The notes under the pieces are model-generated. The model worked only from the letters and a program-made list of their open reading frames with translations. It was not told the origin of the DNA and did not search any database. From assembly GCF_024521635.1 (NCBI RefSeq), contig NW_026250410.1, forward strand, positions 620,001 to 684,000: a DNA stretch of 64,000 bases. The letters are read 5' to 3'. The position numbers and the translations under genes are program-made. Each line of letters starts with the position of its first letter. Within the stretch, counting starts at the first letter, position 1. This document shows, in pieces, positions 49,728 to 61,544 of the stretch. Source of the DNA: Tricharina praecox. Taxonomy: Eukaryota.

Positions 49728-50386
49728 AGTGCTTTTGCTTCACGTGTTTTGGCGCTTTTTTTGATTGGATTGCAATTGATCGGAGTGGTTGCTGAGGGGA
49801 TGGCGGAGAAGGGGGATGGCATTTGTATGTGCTTGATGAAGGGCTGGCGAATCCACCGTTGCTGTTTACATACTGCGACAATCGATGCTCGTTTTTCCTG
49901 TTTTCTTCTTCTTTTCTTAATTGGTTGGAGAGTGTTTTCGTTTTTTTATATGTCTGTTTGGTCCGTACTGCGGGTTCTCTTTATAGTGCTACGCCGGGCT
50001 GGAAAATGGCCATTTCCATGTCTTGTCTTCCTTCCTTCATGTTGTTCTTCGTCTTCTTACCTAGTTTCGATGGAAGTACACGTAGATGTGGCTACAGTTA
50101 TGAGTGTTGAATGGAAAGATATTATATGGCGGTTCTGATGAGACTTGACTGAAGGGTCTCTTTGGGCATGGGCTTGGAGGTTACTACAAATATCGAGTAT
50201 CTCTTGCCTTGAGGATGACTATGGCTCGAGCGACATTGCCACCGCGAGTAGCTAGTCGCGCCAAGCACATGCCATGCGGCAACATCCGCCAAAAAGTTAA
50301 AAAAAGTTAAACCCAACCAAACAGTGTCAAGAAGATCCAGTTCGGGAGTTGCGCGCCACTTGACATCTTCTCGCCTTCAAAAAAGT

Positions 50387-53255
50387 ATGAAGGTCGGATT
50401 TAACGTAAGGCGGTCCATTCCGATGCGCGGTAATTCTGGAGCATCCATGCTAATGACTGTGCTCAAAAGTTCTCGAACCTCCTCGGAACGGTCTACTGCA
50501 GCGGGAATCTGGTGTTCACACCCGATGGCAACTCGTTGCTCTCCCCCGTCGGCAATAAGGTCACTTGCTTCGACCTCGTGAAGTTCGTGTTTTCCCTACC
50601 TTATCCTGAGTATCCTGAGGCTACAGTGGGCAGGCACATTGACTGATGCCTCCTTCTCAGCAATCAGTCGTTCACCTTCGGCTTCGAACACCGCAAGAAC
50701 ATTGCGCGCATAGCGCTGTCGCCGCAGGCCACGCTGCTGCTGTCGGTCGACGAAGGTGAGATCTTTCGGTTCTGGGGAACGGGGAGGGGTACTGATCGTG
50801 TCCCACGCATGCACAGACGGCCGGGCAATCCTTACGAACTTCGTGCGGCGGATGGTGCTGCACCACTTCAACTTCAAGTCGGAGGTGCACGACATCCAGT
50901 TTTCGCCGGACGGGACGCATTTCGCGGTCGCGACGGGGCGCAAGACCGAGGTCTGGCGCACGCCGGATTACCTTGAGGAGCGCGAGTTCGCCCCGTTCAT
51001 CAAGCACCGCGAGTACACCGGTCACTACGATGCCGTCAATAGCATCACGTGGAGCGGCGACTCGAGGTTCTTCTTGACTACGTCGAAGGATCTCACCGCT
51101 AGGGTCTGGTCGCTCAATCCTACGGAAGGGTTTGTTCCTACGACCCTGTCGAGCCACAAGGACTCCGTGGTCGGCGCGTGGTTCTCGAAGGATCAGGAGA
51201 AGATCTATACCTGCAGTCGCGACGGAACGCTGTGCGAGTGGCAGTATACGACGAAGCCCGGGCAGGACTATGACGATGAAGATATGGAGCGGGAGCTGCC
51301 CGAGCGGTGGTTCGTGGTCAACCGGCATTACTTCCTGCAGAACAATGCCAAGGTCAAGTGCGCGGCGTTCCACAAGGAGAGCAATCTGCTGGTCGTGGGG
51401 TTCTCGAGCGGCGTGTTTGCGCTGTACGAACTGCCCGATTTCAATGCGATCCATACCCTGAGCATATCGCAGAACGGCATCGATTTCGTCACCATCAATG
51501 CCTCTGGAGAGTGGCTGGCGTTTGGGGCCTCGAAGCTGGGACAGCTGTTGGTGTGGGAGTGGCAGTCCGAGTCGTATGTTATCAAACAGCAGGGACATTT
51601 TGACGCCATGAATGCGCTCACATACTCGCCCGATGGACAGCGGATCATCACCGCGGCCGACGACGGAAGGATAAAGGTCTGGGACGCGACGTCTGGGTTC
51701 TGTATAGTGACGTTTACGGAACACACGGCAGGAGTGACGGCGGTCCAGTTCAGCGCGCGGAATCTTCTGTTCACCGCCAGTTTGGATGGCAGTGTGAGAG
51801 CCTGGGATCTGATCCGATACCGGAACTTCAAGACTTTCACTGCGCCCAGCAGATTGCAGTTCTCCAGTCTGGCGGTCGACAGCAGTGGCGAGATCGTGTG
51901 TGCTGGCAGCTTGGACAGCTTTGATATCCACCTGTGGAATGTCCAGACCGGACAGCTTTTGGAGCGCCTATCCGGCCATGACGGGCCGATATCGTCGTTG
52001 AGTTTTGCGCCTGACGGATCCTCGCTGGTGTCGGGAAGTTGGGACAAGACGGTGCGGATATGGAGCATCTTCACACGGACGCAGACCAGTGAGCCCCTGC
52101 CACAGCAGGCCGACGTGCTCTCCGTCATCCACCGCCCGGACTCGAAGCAGCTCACCGTCAGCACGCTCGACGGCCAGCTCACGTTCTGGGAGATCGAGAA
52201 CGCCGAGCAGCTGGGGCATGTTGACGGCAAGAAGGACATCTCCGGAGGACGAAAGATAGCAGACCGTATGACGGCTGCAAATAACCCCGCCACGAAACAC
52301 TTCAACTGCATAGCCTACTCTGCGGACGGTACATGTGTTCTTGCTGGCGGTAATAGCAAGTACATCTGCCTCTACGACGTAGCCTCGGGCAGTCTGATCA
52401 AGAAGTTCACCGTCTCCGTCAACCTCTCCATCGACGGCACCCAGGAATTCCTCAATTCCAAGAACCTGACCGAAGCTGGGCCGATGGACCTGATCGACGA
52501 CCAAGGCGAAGCCTCGGACCTCGAAGACCGTATCGACCGCTCCCTCCCTGGTGCAACCCGCGGCGATCTTTCTTCGAGAAAAGTCCGTCCCGAGATCCGA
52601 GTCACTGGCATCAGCTTCTCTCCCACGGGCCGGTCCTTTGCCACCGCGACAACGGAGGGCCTCATGATCTACTCCCTAGACAACGACCTCCTCTTCGACC
52701 CCTTCGACCTAGACGTGGACGTGACCCCGGCCACAACGCTGCACGCTCTCACGGCCGAGAAAGACTACCTCAAAGCCCTGGTCATGGCGTTCCGGCTCAA
52801 CGAAAAGTACCTGATCCACCAAGTGTACGAGGGCACGCCTGTCGCCGACGTCAAGCTAGTCGCCGGCGCCGTGCCGCGAGTCTACCTGTCGCGGCTGCTG
52901 CGCTTCGTGACGGGCTTCATGGAGGAAGGCCCTCACGTCGAGTTTGGCCTCGTCTGGATCGAGGCCATCTTTGAGAGCCATGGTAGGTGGGTCATGGATA
53001 ATCGTGGAGAGGTCGAGAGCGAGATGAGACGCGTCGTTAGGTGTCTCAAGCGTGTGCAGAATGAGGTGGCTAGATTGTGAGTTACATACACCCTTTCCCC
53101 CCGACTACCTGTGAGACTTTGCGGAAACTGACTGCGTGCTGTGAAGGGGTGATGAGAATGGATATGCGCTGGATTACCTGCTGTCGCAGCCTAGGAAACA
53201 GGAGGAGAAACAGGAAGCAGAGGAGGCAGATGAGGAGTGGGAAGGGCTTGAGTAG
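50387..53255 (+). CDS. PWP2: Periodic tryptophan protein Pwp2/Utp1 (SSU processome UTP-B), 5 exons
   Basis: FSNLLGTVY..GNLVFTPDG..LSPVGN; LGQLLVWEWQSESYVIKQQGH; WDLIRYRNFKTF; FDPFDLDVDVTP. Confidence 0.97.
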
Positions 53256-53338
53256 CGTAAATATGATCTTTTGTTATATAGGATAGTAATTCGTGTTTGG
53301 TTTTGGTTGCATTGGGTATAGAAAAGTTATTTGATTCT

Positions 53339-53471
53339 CCACCATGGACCCATACTCTCCGTCGTTTGTAGTTGCCATGGTATCAGCTGACGAATTTGGT
53401 TTCCCCCACTATGGACCATATTCCTCATCGTTTGTATTTGCCATGGCATGTAGCTGACGAATTGGGTTCCT
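53339..53471. repeat. Diverged tandem duplication, ~67-bp unit x2, between the PWP2 and SDH3 3' ends
   Basis: CCACCATGGACC..TCGTTTGTAGTTGCCATGG..AGCTGACGAATT is repeated at 53339 and 53406. Confidence 0.85.
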
Positions 53472-53642
53472 CAAATCTTAAGCACAGACTAGCAGATTAC
53501 GTAGGTTGATCAAAACCCCCCATCTGAACTTTCCATTCCTGTTTTATTCCAACAAACATGAACATGCATTGAAAACGACGAAATCCCCCGCATAGGTATC
53601 CCCTCCCATCTTACACCGACCCCCCCTCCCCCACCTACACGC

Positions 53643-54322
53643 TTACGCAAAGAAAGTAAGGTACACAGTGCTAACCGCGCTGACCGCCAGCACGGCGTAG
53701 CCAGTCCTGTAAACACCCTTCAGGCTGAGCTCCCTCGCGGTGTCCCAAGTGAGATGTCTAACACCATTGAACGCATGGAAGGCGAACGGCGCCGCGAGAG
53801 TTCCCTTGATCGCGAGCTTGACGGCGAGGGGCAGCGCGGCCATGGTGGCGACCATCGACGCACTCTCCATGTGCCCTCCGACCCACGGCGAGACGGCATA
53901 CCCGATCCCGAAGAGGTACACGGTCCCGGCCAACATCACGCCCGAGATACGATTTGCGCTCGACATGTACCATGTCAGCTGCGGCTGGTAGATTGACAAG
54001 TGGGGCGCGATGGGCCGCAGCAGCCGCTGCTGCACCAAAAGGGAGTGCGCTTCAGTGGCGGTCGTGGAGGAGGTGGTCGCCGCCGTGCTAGGGGTCATAG
54101 TTAGTTGCGGGAATGATGGTGCCGGGGGAATTGGTGCTGTACCGTGTCTGGGTGAACGCGCGAGGGAGCAGCTGGGACGCCGCGGTGGGCTGGCGGGTCA
54201 CTGGACAGCACACCACACGTCAGTCATCAGGTCGAAGTGCTGCACTTGTGGTGGGGTGCCAGTGGTGGTGGGGTGTGCATACGCTGGGTGGCGGCGCGGA
54301 AGGCGGTTCTGGAGAGAGACAT
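53643..54322 (-). CDS. SDH3: Succinate dehydrogenase cytochrome b560 subunit, 3 exons
   Basis: QRLLRPIAPHLSIYQPQLTWYMSSANRISG; FHAFNGVRHLTWD; mitochondrial presequence MSLSRTAFRAA. Confidence 0.95.
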
Positions 54323-56040
54323 GGTTGCTGTGCGGTGTGTGCGGTTCGATTTCTGTATTGGTCCTGTCGGAGTGTCGTGTGTCTGGGTCGTATGTGGTCT
54401 ATGGTTGTGGTTGTGGTTGTGGAGGAGGTTTTGAGGTTGCCGTTCGGATTCGAGCAAGCACCTGCACACCCACTTACCGTTCGGCGGTCCTCGGCTACAT
54501 CTCGTCCCCCGGTCCATGATTATGTTCCGGCGCGATTCGATTGGCCGCTTTCGCCAAGGCCTGTTACCCTGCACACCATACAAATCTGCGATTTTTCTTC
54601 GCCTTCCTTCTTGTTTTCCTTTCCTCTCTACGAACAAATGGCAAAGCACTCCCCGACCGTCACTTCCCAAGGGCCCGGAGGAAGGCGCGATGACCCACTT
54701 GTGCTCGGTGACAACGTTTTGTTGGAGCTGGCATGCCGGTGGGACTCGTCGCTTCTGTTCCAGATGGATGGATAACTTTCACCACCTTATTAATCGCGCA
54801 GTAATCCGCTCGTGTAAAGATGAGTTTCTTGCGTTTCATGATGAGGTGACATACTTTTGTTAGGCTGGGGGCTTGTGGAGAGTGAGATCGCGGGGTAATG
54901 ATTTTCCGTGAAGGATGATGTGGGGGCGGATCTGTTCTCTGCACAGTGCACAGTCAACAGTCGGTGCATACATATGATGCCTACACTCATGATGTTTTCT
55001 TGACATGAAAGTACTTTCGAGTGTCTGCTCTCGGTTCATTTTCCAACCTCACAATCGCCACTCCATACGTCAGATTCACTCCGCTCCACAATTATCCACC
55101 GCGGTATACGTACAATTCGTGTCCAGTCCGATGCATTCACTCCCCGAGGTGCTGATCACGCACGCCCAGAAAAGTCCGGAGGCACCATCTTCTCGTTCCT
55201 GTCAGCCGATGCTAATATGGCCCATCTCTTCTCCGGCGGCAATTCCTTTCCTTTCGCTCCAAGATGGCGATGTGGCGGTGATCGCGTGCCATTTGCGTTT
55301 GTAGAATCTAGATGTCGACATGTTGTACATGGCTATATACCAGTATGTCGTGCTGTGGCGTGCGCGTTCGATCTGGTGCATTTATATGTGCACACCTCCG
55401 GCGTTTTGCGGTCTCCACGTAATCCCCATTCATCTTGCGGTCATCGGGGGGATACGCTGAAAATCGAATCATCGTCTTCATCTCGTGATCACGTGTAGGG
55501 CGTGTGGTCAAGATACTTACATAAGCCAGACCTTGGTCACGTGACGTCTCTCACTTCCTCTCACTCTCCCTATCTCTTTTCCTACTCATTTAGTTGGCCC
55601 CAGCTAATTTCACGCTGCCACCCGCTATCCCCCAATCAATTCGCTACACCGCCTGCATTCGGTCGAATTGGCTGCAGTGACTCTTGGCGCAGGTTCGATC
55701 AGGGGTCGGGCTTCGTTGGTCTCTCTTCTCTCGAATTGAATTGAGTGAGCGAGAGGAGGAAAGTAGCAGTGTAGCGAACATCTCCCACCCCCTTTAACGA
55801 CCGAACACCAGCTTCGAAAGCCCGCCCATCCCCACGCTTCCCCCCCTACCACCACCCACTACCACCAACACCTCCACCTCCACCACCTCCACCAAGAAAG
55901 GTTGTCTGTCAGCAGAAGCAACCTCCTCCTTCACATCGCATCAATCTTCGTCTCGTTCCCGGCGAAAGTCAACAGACCTCGATCGTCATCTTCCTCTTTG
56001 CTTGCTTGCACCTCCAACAAACAAAACAACTGCCTTCAAG

Positions 56041-57593
56041 ATGGTTTCCGCACACGTCGACAAGCTCATCGGCATCGCCAACCTCCCCAACCAACGGCAC
56101 AAGATCGTTGCGAAGAGGTGTGTTGCTGCTGCTGCTGCTTGCTTGCTCGCTTGTTTGCGTTGTGCATATGCTGACTGCTTGCTTGCTTAGAGGTGCCGCT
56201 TTCACGATTATGGTAGTTGGTGAGAGTGGTCTGGGAAAGACGACTTTCATCAACACCCTCTTTAGCACAACCATCAAGAACTATGCCGAGCATCGCCTCC
56301 GTCACAAGAAACAGATGGACAAGACGGTAAATCGCGCGACGCGTCTCGATCCCCGCTGCGTGGTGCAGGACCCTGACTGGAACGTGTTGGAATTTTAGGT
56401 CGAGATTGCCATCACCAAGGCCGAGCTCGAGGAGAAGTTCTTTAAAGGTACGTCATTGAGCTTTGCTTCTCCCTACACGGACCTCACGTAGGAAAAACGA
56501 ATTGAGATTGACCTCTGCTTGTTGCAGTTCGCCTGACGGTCATCGACACTCCCGGCTTCGGAGACTACGTTAACAACCGCGACTCATGGATGCCCATCGT
56601 CGAGTTCATTGACGACCAGCACGAGTCGTATATGCTTCAGGAGCAGCAGCCGCGCCGCAGCGACAAGATCGACCTCCGTGTCCACGCCTGTCTTTACTTC
56701 ATCCGGCCCACAGGACACACCCTTAAGCCCCTCGACATCGAAGTCATGAAGAGGCTGTCCACCCGTGTCAACTTGATCCCTGTCGTTGCGAAGGCCGATA
56801 CCTTGTCGCCCAATGACTTGGCTCTGTTCAAGAAGAGGGTGAGATATTTCATGTTGATGGGATCTTGCGGACTGGGTGCTGATGGCTATTGTCTAGGTTC
56901 GTGCGGTCATTGAGGCTCAGGGTATCAAGATCTACCAGCCCCCTGTTGAAGAGGACGACGAGGCTGCTGCTCAGCACGCCCGCAGCTTGATGGTACGCAA
57001 TTCATCTTCGCTCCATGTGTATTGCACACCACCTAACGAAGATCTATAGGCTGCCATGCCGTTTGCCGTCATCGGTAGCGAGAAGGACGTCAAGACCTCG
57101 GACGGACGTGTCGTCAAGGGCCGACAGTACTCCTGGGGAGTCGCCGAGGTCGAGAACGAGGACCACTGCGACTTCAAGAAGCTCCGCAGCATCCTGATCC
57201 GCACGCACATGTTGGACCTGATCCACACCACCGAAGAGCAGCACTACGAGGCCTACCGCGCGCAGCAGATGGAGACCCGCAAGTTTGGCGAGGCCCGTCC
57301 CAGGAAGCTCGACAACCCTAAATTCAAGGAGGAGGAGGAGAACTTGAGGAAGCGGTTCACCGAGCAGGTCAAGAAGGAGGAGGCTAGGTTCAGGCAGTGG
57401 GAGCAGAAGCTCATCTCCGAGAGGGACCGTCTCAACAAGGACTTGGAGAACACTCACGCTGCGTATGTATACCTGTCTGATTGCTTCGTGGGGGTGAGGC
57501 TAATGTTGGGTTTCATTCTACAGCATCAAGCAGCTCGAGTTGGAGTTGGAGTCGATGCAGGGAAGCGTCCAGCGAAGCCATGGCAGACGTTAA
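56041..57593 (+). CDS. CDC12: Septin Cdc12/AspC, multi-exon
   Basis: [64 protein letters not shown]-terminal coiled coil. Confidence 0.93.
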
Positions 57594-58247
57594 GTATGAC
57601 GATAATGGACCGTTGTGGGGACGGGGGTAGTAATGAGGATGTGGGGGAAGCTTTGTTTCCGGAAGCAGAGCAAAGGAATCAAAACTTATTGGAGCTATAT
57701 GCAATTCTTCCGGCTCGGGCGGTGGAGGGGACGGGGATTGGTGGTGGTGATACCAAGGGGCCTGTGTTAGGCAAGTCGTTACCGAGCAAAGGCGTTCGCA
57801 TTTGCTGTTTCTGCTGTTTCTTTTGTCCGCTTCTTCTCTACATTACTTTGTAGTTGTCTCCTCGGCTTGTTCTTTTCTTCGCTTTTTTCTCTCTACCTAT
57901 ATCCGTTCATTCGAGCTGTTTTTTTTATCCTATGCCTCCTCATCCGCTTTGACGTTTGCTTGGACTGCCCTATTATTTCTCATTCTCCGTCTCTTTTTCG
58001 TTTTACAAATAATAGTGATGTGTGTGTTTGTGTTATGTCGTCTTGCGTTAGCTGTGCTGTGCTGTGTGTAGAGTACGCTTTGAAGTGATGCTGCTCGACC
58101 ATCCGTGTAAGCTGCACGTGTGAGTAGCCGGCGCGCGTGTAGAGTAACTAGAGTACCGCAACTCTAAACCGCACCACGTAAACACGTCTCTCAGCTCCAC
58201 CAAACCATGCCCTTATTACTACCGCCACCGTCACCGTCACTGCTACC

Positions 58248-59238
58248 ATGGTATTCACCACCCGCCGCCAAACCACCGTCCTAACCGGCCACGTCGGTTT
58301 GTCCCCTCCCCTCCCTCCATCCCTCCCTCCCCCCCCGTCCTCCCCCCACCTTACTAACCCCCTCCCCCTTAGGCGCCGTCCACTGCGTAACCTACTCCTC
58401 CCTCACCGGGACCTACTGCCTCTCAGGCGGCAGCGACCGGAAGATCCACCTATGGAACCCATCGACCTCCACGAAGATACAAACGTACGCGGGCCACGGC
58501 TACGAAGTCCTCTCGCTCACCTGCTCCCCTGACAACGCGCTCTTCGCCTCCGCCGGCGGCGACAAGCTCGTCTTCCTGTGGGACGTGGCGACCGCCACCA
58601 CCCTGCGCCGGCTCGAGGGGCATTGGGCGCGGGTTAATGCCGTTGCGTTTTCTGCTACGGGGGATGGAGGGTTGTTAGCGAGTGGGAGTTATGATGCGAC
58701 AGTAAAGCTGTGGGATGTGCGGTCGCGCGACCGCCGGCCGGTGCAGAGCCTGGACGACGCGAAGGACGCGGTGACGGATGTTGTGGTTGGGGGTGCGGAG
58801 GTAGTTGCGTCGAGCGTCGACGGAAGAGTCAGGGCGTATGATGTGCGCATGGCGCGGTGTGTGGTTGATGTGATCTCGCCGGCGCCGGTTACGAGTCTGC
58901 GTGTCAGTAGGGATGGAAAGGCGCTGCTGGTCGCCGCGCTGGATGGTAGCGTGCGCTTGATGGATCGAACGAATGGGGGGTTGTTGATGCGTTATAAGGG
59001 ACATAAGAATGAGGCGCTCAGGGTCAGGTGTGCCTTCGCGCAGGATGAGGAGTTTGTTGTCTGTGGGAGTGAGAGTGGGGAGCTGTGGGTGTGGGATCTG
59101 GTAGAGGGAAGGGTTGTGCAAAGACTGCAGTGTCATGGTGGAAAGGTCGTGTCCAGTGTTGAGTGGGCGCCTGGCACGGGGAGGAGGCAGATGATCACTG
59201 GAGGCGCGGATGGGACGGTCGTGGTTTGGGGGGAGTAG
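58248..59238 (+). CDS. WD40 repeat protein WDR83/MORG1-like, 2 exons
   Basis: LTGHVG/AVHCVTYS..TYCLSGGSDRKIHLWNP..YAGHGYEV..FASAGGDKLVFLWDV; PVQSLDDAKDAV; SVDGRVRAYDVRM. Confidence 0.88.
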
Positions 59239-59356
59239 GTGGGCGGATTTTCTATTATGATGGTGCGACTCGATCGACTCGATCAACTCGAGATCAACTC
59301 CGAGGGGTGTATAAATACCCCGCCTGTGCCTCGCTGCGAATACTCACCGAACACTT

Positions 59357-59455
59357 CACAACATCAATCGTACCTGCACAAATCATGGCTACCAACACCT
59401 CATATTTCACCACAACATCGATCTTGCCTGCAGAAACTATGGATACCAACACTTC
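59357..59455. repeat. Diverged tandem duplication with a 54-bp period
   Basis: CACAACATCAATCGTACCTGCACAAATCATGGCTACCAACAC (59357) vs CACAACATCGATCTTGCCTGCAGAAACTATGGATACCAACAC (59411). Confidence 0.8.
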
Positions 59456-59622
59456 TCCGGGTCCCTATTTCCCCTATCCACCCGACAACCCTCCTCCGCG
59501 CCCGCCTACACCGAAGTGAGGCCAGTCAGTTTTGATATGTAGAGCATCTGACCGTACTAAATGCAAATTCTATTGTCCACATCTATCGAGTACCGTGATA
59601 TATGCGTCTATCTTACCACCAT

Positions 59623-60653
59623 CTAACTCAGCAAATCGCACAGACTGTCAACATACGCCTCAGGCCTAACCCCATCCAAGCCATCTAAAAACTCCTGCTC
59701 CTTACACACACCCGTGAGCACGCCGAGGGTACCACCCAGCCCACCCTCAACGCCAAACTTGATATCGGTATTGATCCTATCGCCCACCATGCACGCGCGC
59801 TTCCTATCGAACCTAAACCTCCCCTCAATAGCATCCATCATCGCCTGACTCGGCTTGCCGAGACTTAGCGGTTGCCTCCCCCCGAGCATAAAGCTAAGCG
59901 GGGCGCTCATGGTCCCAGCGCCAGGAAACAGCCCGCCCGGCGTCGGAAAAGTGCTATCGATATTCGTGGCGAGAAACCTCGTGTCCGGGTTCTGCAGGAA
60001 GTGATACGCCCTCGCAATCTTCCTATAATTAACCCCATGATCTAGTCCGACCAGGACGACGCCGACACTGTCATCCGGGCCGAAGGCCGTATGATCCTCT
60101 GCCGAAACCCTGCGATCCTCGTCGGGATCAGTCCCGCCAAAGAATTGCACGCCCTCGGACTCGAGCTCCTCCTCGATCCCGACCTCGCCGATCACGTACA
60201 CCCGCTTGTCCTTCGGCAAACACAATACGCGAGAGATGTAGATCGCCGCGGAATACGCGCTGCCGAATATCTCGTCCACGGCGGCGGGGATACCGAACGA
60301 CGTGAACTTGGAAATGTATGCCGCGCGCGACTTCGTGCTGTTGTTGGTGACGAAGATGATCTGCTTGCCTGTGCGCCCCTCCGGAAGTCGTCAGTCCGAG
60401 GTGCACGCGCGGGGTGAAGCAAAGAGGAAGCACCCTTAGACCGCAACATATCCAGCGTCTCCACCGTTTGCGGGAGCAGCTTGTCGCCGCGCCAGAGCAC
60501 GCCGTCGCAGTCGAAGAGGAACACCTGCACAGCGCGGTCGCTCGTTAGCTATCTGCATACTACACACGTTAGCTGGGGAATGCCCACATCGAAGCGGTCC
60601 AGGAACGCCCCGATCTCGGCGGGCTTGCCGGTCAGCTTGTTGGGAAGGGACAT
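59623..60653 (-). CDS. PHO13: HAD-IIA 4-nitrophenylphosphatase / phosphoglycolate phosphatase, multi-exon
   Basis: FLFDCDGVLW; FVTNNSTKSR; FLATNIDSTFP; GKPS; MVGDRINTDIKFG..VLTGV. Confidence 0.95.
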
Positions 60654-61356
60654 GACGAGCTGGGTGATGGTCTATGAAGTGTCGTGGTGGGTGGTACCCC
60701 GCGTACTCGCCAGACGGAGATGGATGGATGTGCTTGGTGGGGTTGCTTGCGGGGTGGTGCACTATGCTAACTAGGGTTCGTTCATCGCGTCTCAATCGCA
60801 GTTTCGAAGCACAAAGTCATCACTCGCATGCAGAACTCGATGATCCACATATTCCAACTTCAACCCCACCTCACTCGGTCCATTCAGAAAAATATACAGA
60901 CGAAACGGCAGTAGCAACAGCAACGGCAACAGCAACAGCAACAGCAAAAGCACAACTCAATTCGCTCAATTCGCTCACTCCAAACATCTCCAAACCTCTC
61001 CAAGCCTCCAAGCCTCCCCAGTCAGACAGACAGACACAGTGCCACACTTGGTGATAAGAGAAGGGTATATATAGTATAAGAAGCAGAACAAAGACTGAGA
61101 CCCAGCCTCAAACTCAGACCCAGGCCCCCAGACCCAGACCCAACCTCAGACCCAGACCCAGAACAAAGACTCGGAAAGAAAGAAGAAAACAGCGCCAAAA
61201 CCCATGCATGCTACGTACAATATATATATGATATGTATGTCTGCAACTCAATACAAGATAGATAAGATGTCGCTCAAACCAGACCAAAGCAAGCAAAGAC
61301 GAGACGAGGAGTGTGGTATTAATTACAACGCAGTACCGTTAAAAAGAAGTGAAGTG

Positions 61357-61382
61357 GAAGAAAGAAAGAAGAAAGAAAGAAA

Positions 61383-61415
<33 letters not shown>
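61357..61415. repeat. (GAAA)n/(GAA)n microsatellite in the CYK3 3' region
   Basis: Read directly. Confidence 0.85.
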
Positions 61416-61544
61416 ATTGTCGCCAACCTAAACCCAGACACCAAACGTAAGAAATGTAAGAAATGTAAGAAATGTAAAAAAACATCACCGACCGTGAGAG
61501 GGGGGAGGGGAGGGGCATATATCTCATCACGTGTCACGCTCCAG

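Noticed and set aside
50672..52311. Long antisense ORFs (419 and 327 aa) opposite PWP2; likewise 62399-63580 opposite CYK3
   Set aside because: Shadow ORFs caused by GC3-rich codon bias of the sense gene
54518..54544. CBC-HapX bipartite site (CSAAT-N12-RWT) in the SDH3 promoter
   Set aside because: CCAAT and CGAAT are present on the minus strand, but the RWT spacing is off (N13 at best); not supportable
55489..55546. CACGTG / GTCACGTGAC E-box palindromes upstream of CDC12
   Set aside because: Common bHLH-type motif found at several places in the window; no specific assignment possible
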